A DNA stretch of 64,000 nt from an uncultured Ruminococcus sp. (GTDB lineage Bacteria; Bacillota; Clostridia; Oscillospirales; Ruminococcaceae). The position numbers and the translations under genes were made by a program. The notes below the pieces were generated by a model. The model did no database searches and was not told the origin of the DNA. It was given only the letters and a program-made list of their open reading frames with translations. Positions 58,159 through 64,000 of this stretch are shown here, one piece after another. How positions within the stretch are numbered: position 1 is the first letter of the stretch; the number at the start of each line of letters is the position of its first letter. The DNA lies in assembly GCA_910579835.1 (NCBI GenBank), contig CAJTWQ010000001.1, positions 57,798 to 121,797 of the forward strand. Direction: 5' to 3'.

Positions 58159-58872
58159 ATGATCAGAAAAATAACGGCTGTCATGATGACAGCCTGCTGT
58201 ACATTATGCCTGTCATCATGCGGAAAAGGAAAGGATTCAAAACCTGTCCCTCCGCCGCCGGCAGAATGCAGCGATCCGAACGCCGTAACCTTTGATGATG
58301 AGAATTTCTCATTTGTCACCGTTATAAATGACGACAAGAAGTCGGCAAAGGGAGAACTTTCCGTAACGGAGATCGAGGGCAATAAAATGCTGAAATTTAC
58401 TGACGATCTTACCGTGCCGCTCGACGGCAAGGTTCAGAAGCTGAGCGTGAATGCCGCACAGCTTCTTTGTCCGGAGGATCTTCCCAAGGTTCGCAGCATC
58501 GAGTTTGATATGTACGCCGATGCTGTCGCTGAAAACTACATGAATCAGGATGGAAAAAAGGTGAAAGCTCCCGGAACGATAAGCGCCGGCGGTGGAACTG
58601 TGACCGCAAAGAAAAACGCCGGAGGTAAAGGCACATGGTACGATTTTGCCGAATTTGAGGGCGGCGAGTATAACTGCGAACGTTCCGGAGCCGTTCATGC
58701 CCGTTTTAAATTTCTGCTTGCGGACAGCGGTCTCTGCTGGGATGAAAATATGGAGGACGCAAATTTTCTTATAATGCGATGGGGATGCGAAAACGATTCA
58801 AATCTTTATGTGGATAATATTATCTTTTATGATAAGGACAATAATTCCATACCTCTGAACCTATCTGAATAG
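58159..58872 (+). CDS. Lipoprotein, possible beta-sandwich/CBM-like domain
   Basis: Lipobox LSSC, Pro-rich linker, VTFDD...NLYVDNIIFYD; AAGGAG RBS. Confidence 0.72.
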   Translation: MIRKITAVMMTACCTLCLSSCGKGKDSKPVPPPPAECSDPNAVTFDDENFSFVTVINDDKKSAKGELSVTEIEGNKMLKFTDDLTVPLDGKVQKLSVNAAQLLCPEDLPKVRSIEFDMYADAVAENYMNQDGKKVKAPGTISAGGGTVTAKKNAGGKGTWYDFAEFEGGEYNCERSGAVHARFKFLLADSGLCWDENMEDANFLIMRWGCENDSNLYVDNIIFYDKDNNSIPLNLSE

Positions 58873-58876
58873 TATA

Positions 58877-58904
58877 AAAGACAGCGCAGATGCGCTGTCT
58901 TTTT
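58877..58904. terminator. Bidirectional terminator
   Basis: AAAAGACAGCGCA-GA-TGCGCTGTCTTTT. Confidence 0.8.
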
Positions 58905-58917
58905 ATTTAATCGCTTT

Positions 58918-61314
58918 TCATCCAAGTATTACGCTGATCTCGTTAACATCCCTAAGCTTTTCAGCAGCGATATAATTCTCGTCAAGCCTTTCGCCGTTTA
59001 GTATAAGTTCTTTTACTCCGCTTTCAACATGAGCAGAGTTGTCCACAGTGATATTGAGCTTTTTGCCGCGGAAATTCTTCTCAATCTTAAATCCGTCCCA
59101 TTCGGATGGAATAGCCGGTGCAATAAAAAGTCCGTCGGCATCAGGCCGCATACCGCAGATGCCCTCTACGCATCCTACCATAACCGTTGAAGCTGTTCCG
59201 GTAAGCCAGTGAACATGAGAGCGTCCCTCATACGGAGATGCTTTAGATTCAGTAAACTGACCGTGTACATATGGCTCCATTACGCGTATCTCAGCCTTTT
59301 CATTCATTGCAGCAGGAGAGCTTTCAAGGAAATATTCAAAGGCACGTCCGCCGTGTCCCATAAGAGCTTCCGCTAGAATCAGCCAGCCCTGAGACTGTGA
59401 GAAAATACCGCCGTTTTCCTTTGTATCAGCATTAAAGATATGCATAAGCGCACCGTCGAACCAGTGCTCCTTGTAAGGCGGATCCATAAGCTTTGCACCG
59501 TAAGGAGTATTAAGAATGTCATGAACGCTATTCATAGCAGTCTCGCCCTGTTCCCTGCCTGCAAATCTGGAAATAACGCTCCACGACTGTGGGTTGAGCC
59601 ACATATTGGCTTCGGGATCATTTTTAGCTCCGACAAGAACACCGTCTTCACGGATTCCGCGGATAAATCTGTCCTCATCCCAGCATTTTTCAAGAGCAGC
59701 AGCAAGCTTTCCCTGAACCTCGTCGATATACAAAATATAATCCGTATCGTTTTTTAAGATTGCCATTTCTTTAATTGCCGTCATGGCATAATAGAGCTGG
59801 AATGCAACGAAAGTCGATTCTCCCTTTGCGCCGAGTCTCAGGCAGTCGTTCCAATCGGCATGAAGTCCGGCCGGCATATCATGACTGCCCATGTGATCCA
59901 TGGAGAATTTAATTGCCCTCTTCAAGTGCTCGTAAACTGTATCTTTGCCGCCGTTGGCATATACGATAACTTCATCCAGAAACGCTTTATTTCCGCTTTC
60001 GCCAATATATTTGACAATAGTCGGGAAGAGCCAGAGAGCGTCGTCGGCACGGTAGGAGGGATGTCCCGTTTCCTTTACATACTCCGGATCGTCGGGGGTA
60101 TTCTCATAACCGGCGTTATGATTGAATTTTACCAGAGGCAGACCGCCGCCGTTGTCAACCTGAGCCGAAAGCATAAAGCGTATCTTTTCCGCAGCCATTT
60201 CGGGATCAAGATGAATGATACCCTGAATATCCTGCACTGTATCACGGTAGCCGTAGCCGTTTCTCAGTCCGCAGTATACAAAGGAGGCGGCTCTTGACCA
60301 TATAAAGGTTATAAAGCACTGATAGGCATTCCATACGTTAATCATGTTGTTGAATTCCGGAGAAGGAGTATCCACCTTGAAATTTTCAAGCTGACCGTGC
60401 CAGTATTTTTTTAGCTGTTCGATGTCGGCGTCAGCCTTGCCGGGAGTCTTGTATTCTTCAAGAATAGCGGAAGCTTCAGCGTTGTTTTTCTGTCCCATAA
60501 TATAGATCAGTTCCGTCGTCTCGCCGGGCTTCAGAACAATATCCGACTGAAGCGCTCCGCAGGAATTGCTGTTAAAGTTAAGGGTATTGTCGCATTTTCC
60601 GTTTTCAACGGCAATGGGATTAGAATATGTTCTGTATGGTCCTATAAAGCTGCTGAGAGAACCATTATATGCAGAAACGTCCGCGCCGACCATTCCGAAA
60701 AAGCGCTCCCGGTGATTTGAACCGGTTTCGTCAACGCCGTCGTTTTCGTTCATGTGTTGTATAATCTTGTTATCTTCAAAGCTTGTACGGGTAATAAAAA
60801 GCGTATACTGAAGATTAACCTGATCCTGTTCATAATTCGGTTCATTGGTGAATTCCACGAATCCGAAAACAGAAAGCCTGCGTTCCATGTCGCTGTTGTT
60901 GGTGATTTTTGTGCGCCACACTTCATAGGTCTTTCCATAGGGCACATAATATGTAGTCTCAGAACATATATCCGCATATTCGGCAGTAATGACCGTATAG
61001 GCGGTACCGTGACGGCATTCGGATTTATACTTATCAAGGGGCTTTCCTACGGGCTGCCATGAAGCCGACCAGTAATCGCAGGTATCGTTGTCACGGATGT
61101 AGATATAGCGTCCGGGGAGAGCCATATCGGAATTGAAGCGGAAACGTGAGATTCTTCCGTTTGCGCCTGACTTAACGAAGCTGTAGCCGGCAGCGTTATT
61201 TGAGATCATTGCGCCGTATTCCGGATCACCGAGATAGTTTGCCCAGGGCGCCGGGGTTGCTGGATTAGTGATGACATACTCCTTGTTTTCAAGGTCAAAG
61301 TGTCCGTACTGCAT
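58918..61314 (-). CDS. cdp: Cellodextrin phosphorylase-like GH94
   Basis: MQYGHFD..PAPWANYLG, GLRNGYGYRDTVQD, ADWNDCLRLG, HWLTGTAS; subfamily distinct from the cellobiose phosphorylase. Confidence 0.85.
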   Translation of the reverse strand: MQYGHFDLENKEYVITNPATPAPWANYLGDPEYGAMISNNAAGYSFVKSGANGRISRFRFNSDMALPGRYIYIRDNDTCDYWSASWQPVGKPLDKYKSECRHGTAYTVITAEYADICSETTYYVPYGKTYEVWRTKITNNSDMERRLSVFGFVEFTNEPNYEQDQVNLQYTLFITRTSFEDNKIIQHMNENDGVDETGSNHRERFFGMVGADVSAYNGSLSSFIGPYRTYSNPIAVENGKCDNTLNFNSNSCGALQSDIVLKPGETTELIYIMGQKNNAEASAILEEYKTPGKADADIEQLKKYWHGQLENFKVDTPSPEFNNMINVWNAYQCFITFIWSRAASFVYCGLRNGYGYRDTVQDIQGIIHLDPEMAAEKIRFMLSAQVDNGGGLPLVKFNHNAGYENTPDDPEYVKETGHPSYRADDALWLFPTIVKYIGESGNKAFLDEVIVYANGGKDTVYEHLKRAIKFSMDHMGSHDMPAGLHADWNDCLRLGAKGESTFVAFQLYYAMTAIKEMAILKNDTDYILYIDEVQGKLAAALEKCWDEDRFIRGIREDGVLVGAKNDPEANMWLNPQSWSVISRFAGREQGETAMNSVHDILNTPYGAKLMDPPYKEHWFDGALMHIFNADTKENGGIFSQSQGWLILAEALMGHGGRAFEYFLESSPAAMNEKAEIRVMEPYVHGQFTESKASPYEGRSHVHWLTGTASTVMVGCVEGICGMRPDADGLFIAPAIPSEWDGFKIEKNFRGKKLNITVDNSAHVESGVKELILNGERLDENYIAAEKLRDVNEISVILG

Positions 61315-61403
61315 AGTTTTTTCTCCTTTTACTGCTGAGAAATTTTTCTCATAATATTTTTTCATGATTTAATGTGCATATTATATAATTTGTAATAGTT
61401 TTT

Positions 61404-61480
61404 TAGAACATATTCACATAAAATGAACGTGCAAATTTGCCCAAAATACATGCGGTATATTTTTATGTGAACACGCTCTA
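61404..61480. mobile_element. Internally deleted MITE (53026 family) in the cdp leader
   Basis: Right end TTTATGTGAACACGCTCT is the exact reverse complement of 53026-53043; left end TAGAACATATTCACATAAAA. Confidence 0.75.
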
Positions 61481-61877
61481 ATCTCTGCTTTCAACAAAGC
61501 AGAGATGTCCGCCTCTTAAGAAGCGGTGGACGTCGGCCTACATTTATAATTGTATCATTTTCAGTCGTTAATGTCAATATCAACCGCTGATATTCAATAT
61601 GCACCGACAGCGTTTTGTATAAACTTAACAAATCACATTAATGATTATTTTGCATTTTTACGAACATAATAATGTCAGTACCAACAAAAAAATTGACAGA
61701 ACAACAGCGTTTTGGCCGCCTTAATAAGAATGTTGAACAGGTTTGTACAATCTCACTAAATAATAGCAAAAAAATTTTCTTGCTTTTTCTTTTAAACCTC
61801 TTGAAAGATTAAAAAAAATATGATATAATGATAAAGTTAATTGATACACTGGTTTATTTTATGGAGGTTTAATAACT

Positions 61878-62141
61878 ATGACAATGCCGACACTTGAAAT
61901 TGTAGGAGGAATTGTTCTTCTTATAATCAGCGCACTTATTATTGTGCTTTGCCTTTCACAGGAGCAGAAATCACAGGACAGTATGTCAGCAGCCCTGACA
62001 GGCGCAAGCTCGGATTCTTTCTACGGCAGAAACGAGGGCAGAACCAAAGAAGCGATTCTTAACAAGATTACAAGAGCTCTTGGAATTATTATGTTCATTA
62101 TTGTTCTTGCAATTAACATAATCCCGATTTCCTCTAAGTAA
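61878..62141 (+). CDS. secG: Preprotein translocase subunit SecG
   Basis: Two TM helices, LSQE..MSAALTG..LNKIT; upstream of rnr. Confidence 0.9.
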   Translation: MTMPTLEIVGGIVLLIISALIIVLCLSQEQKSQDSMSAALTGASSDSFYGRNEGRTKEAILNKITRALGIIMFIIVLAINIIPISSK

Positions 62142-62244
62142 TCAACTGCCCCGTGGCTTCTGTCATGGGGCTTATATTTTTACGGTACAGCACAATATGA
62201 TTTTTCGTCAGATTGCGCAAAACAGAACAAAGGATGTTTCTTAA

Positions 62245-64000
62245 ATGGCTAAAAAGAAGTCTGTTTCAAAAAAGAATACCGCTTTATGCTCTGCTGAGAG
62301 CTATAAAAATAAGATCGTCACATTTCTTTCGGCCTGCGATAAAAAGCTTATGTCCGTCAGCGATCTGGAATCAAAATGCCGTACAAAAAAGCAGGGCAGG
62401 GATAACTTTCTCAAAGCTTTCGACGAGCTTCGCACCGAAGGCGTTATAATGATGAAAAAAGGCATGAAAACCGGTCTTTGTTCACGTCTCGGCGTACTCT
62501 GCGGCACGGTTACCCGCCTCAGCCGCACCTTCGGCTTTGCAGAGGCCGATAACGGAACAGAATATTTTATTCCCGGAAAGTATATGCTCGGCGCAATGCC
62601 GGGCGATAAGGTTCTTATTGTAAATATAGCTTCACGATCCGGACAGCCGGAGGGCGAGATCATAGACATTATCAGCTTCGGAAGCTCACAGCTTACCGGC
62701 ACAATTGAAATTATCGACGGTCAGCCCTATCTTGTGCCAGATTCCGCCGCCAGAAATCATATCACGATAGTAAAGGAGAAAAGCGTTTCCTTTCGGAATG
62801 GCGACAAAGTTATTGCAGAGATTGTTTTTCGGGGACGCCGTCATGCGGAGCATACCGTGAAAATCACAGGAGTTTTCGGAAGCTCTGATTCCGCCGCCGC
62901 CTGCGCCGCTTCTATTCTTGTAAATCATGGCGCCCCCTCTGAGTTTCCGGATGACGTCCTGAAAGAGGCAAGAAAGATTGCCGAGGGAGGCGTTCAGGAT
63001 TATTCCTTTAACAATCGTGAGGATCTCAGGAATATGACGGTTTTCACTATTGACGGCGCAGAATCTAAAGATTTGGACGATGCCGTTTCAGTTTCCCGAA
63101 AAGATAACGGCTGGCTGCTGGGCGTTCATATAGCCGATGTTTCCCACTACGTCAAGGGCAACAGCGCCATTGACAAGGAAGCAATGCGCCGCGGAACAAG
63201 TATATACTACGCCGATCAGGTGATCCCTATGCTGCCAAAAGAGCTTTCCAACGGCATATGCTCACTCAATCCGGACGAGGACAGACTCACGCTTTCCGCT
63301 TTTATGGAGCTGGACAGCCGCGGAGAGCTTATATTCTATCGTTTTTGCAAAAGCGCAGTCCGTTCAAGGGTTAAGGGCGTATACAGTGAGATAAATACTA
63401 TTCTCAGAGGCGAGGAAGCCGAGGAAATACGCCGGAAATACGAGCATGTCAGAGATGATATTTTTCTCATGAACGAACTTGCGGATCTGCTTATTGCCAA
63501 AAGGAAACAGCGGTCTGCTCCTGATATATACACTGCTGAAAGCAGGCTTGTCATCAGTGAAAACGGTGTATGCACAGATGTACTTCCGCGCGAAAGGGGC
63601 AAGGCGGAGCAGATTATCGAGGAATTTATGCTGATCGCCAATGAAGCTGCCGCGAAGTTTGCCGGAGAGAAAAAGATTCCATTTGTTTACCGCATACACG
63701 AATCTCCTCCGGAAGAAAAAACGGAGTTTCTCAAAGAAACTCTTGTAAAAATTGGCGTAGAATATCCTCATTTCAACGAATTCAAGCCATGCCATGCCGC
63801 TGCTGTTCTTGACAGCGTGCGGAACACCGATAAATACGAGGCTGTAAATATGCTTGTTCTCCGTTCGATGGCAAAGGCTAAATATTCTTCCGAACCTTTA
63901 GGCCATTTCGGTCTGGCGCTGAAGGATTACGCCCATTTTACCTCACCCATACGCCGTTACCCCGATCTGGCTATCCACAGGATCATAACTGATGTTCTTG
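62245..64000 (+). CDS. rnr: Ribonuclease R (partial, runs off the window)
   Basis: FGFA cold-shock domain, FTIDGAESKDLDDA, VHIADVSHYV, IEEFML, HFTSPIRRYPDL. Confidence 0.95.
   Translation, partial: MAKKKSVSKKNTALCSAESYKNKIVTFLSACDKKLMSVSDLESKCRTKKQGRDNFLKAFDELRTEGVIMMKKGMKTGLCSRLGVLCGTVTRLSRTFGFAEADNGTEYFIPGKYMLGAMPGDKVLIVNIASRSGQPEGEIIDIISFGSSQLTGTIEIIDGQPYLVPDSAARNHITIVKEKSVSFRNGDKVIAEIVFRGRRHAEHTVKITGVFGSSDSAAACAASILVNHGAPSEFPDDVLKEARKIAEGGVQDYSFNNREDLRNMTVFTIDGAESKDLDDAVSVSRKDNGWLLGVHIADVSHYVKGNSAIDKEAMRRGTSIYYADQVIPMLPKELSNGICSLNPDEDRLTLSAFMELDSRGELIFYRFCKSAVRSRVKGVYSEINTILRGEEAEEIRRKYEHVRDDIFLMNELADLLIAKRKQRSAPDIYTAESRLVISENGVCTDVLPRERGKAEQIIEEFMLIANEAAAKFAGEKKIPFVYRIHESPPEEKTEFLKETLVKIGVEYPHFNEFKPCHAAAVLDSVRNTDKYEAVNMLVLRSMAKAKYSSEPLGHFGLALKDYAHFTSPIRRYPDLAIHRIITDVL

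Overview
Chromosomal window from a cellulolytic Clostridia bacterium. Dockerin-bearing enzymes and two GH94 phosphorylases point to a Ruminococcus flavefaciens-like organism (inference). Most of it is housekeeping and metabolic: aldose epimerase and cellobiose phosphorylase, PFOR (nifJ), azlCD, GH74 xyloglucanase-dockerin, recG/spoVS/ymdB, a P-type ATPase behind a yybP-ykoY Mn2+ riboswitch, a CorC/HlyC transporter, a flippase, a Gld-like ABC system, rimP-nusA-infB-rbfA-truB-ribF, pth-mfd, cellodextrin phosphorylase, secG-rnr. The standout is a compact, intact ~6.9 kb nine-gene phage head/packaging operon (11.6-18.5 kb) between azlD and a lone feoA. It encodes TerS, TerL, portal, capsid, prohead protease, putative neck proteins and hub-like proteins. 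I see no integrase, repressor, replication, tape-measure or lysis genes, so it is a candidate domesticated gene-transfer-agent-like system. Other points: a likely leader peptide upstream of corC, a family of TA-bounded MITE-like hairpins sitting repeatedly in 5' leaders, a cassette-like AT-rich gene bounded by short palindromes, a collapsed lipoprotein paralog, and an orphan gene in the infB operon. No tRNA, rRNA, CRISPR array or transposase was recognised. All product calls come from motif recognition by eye; no searches were run.
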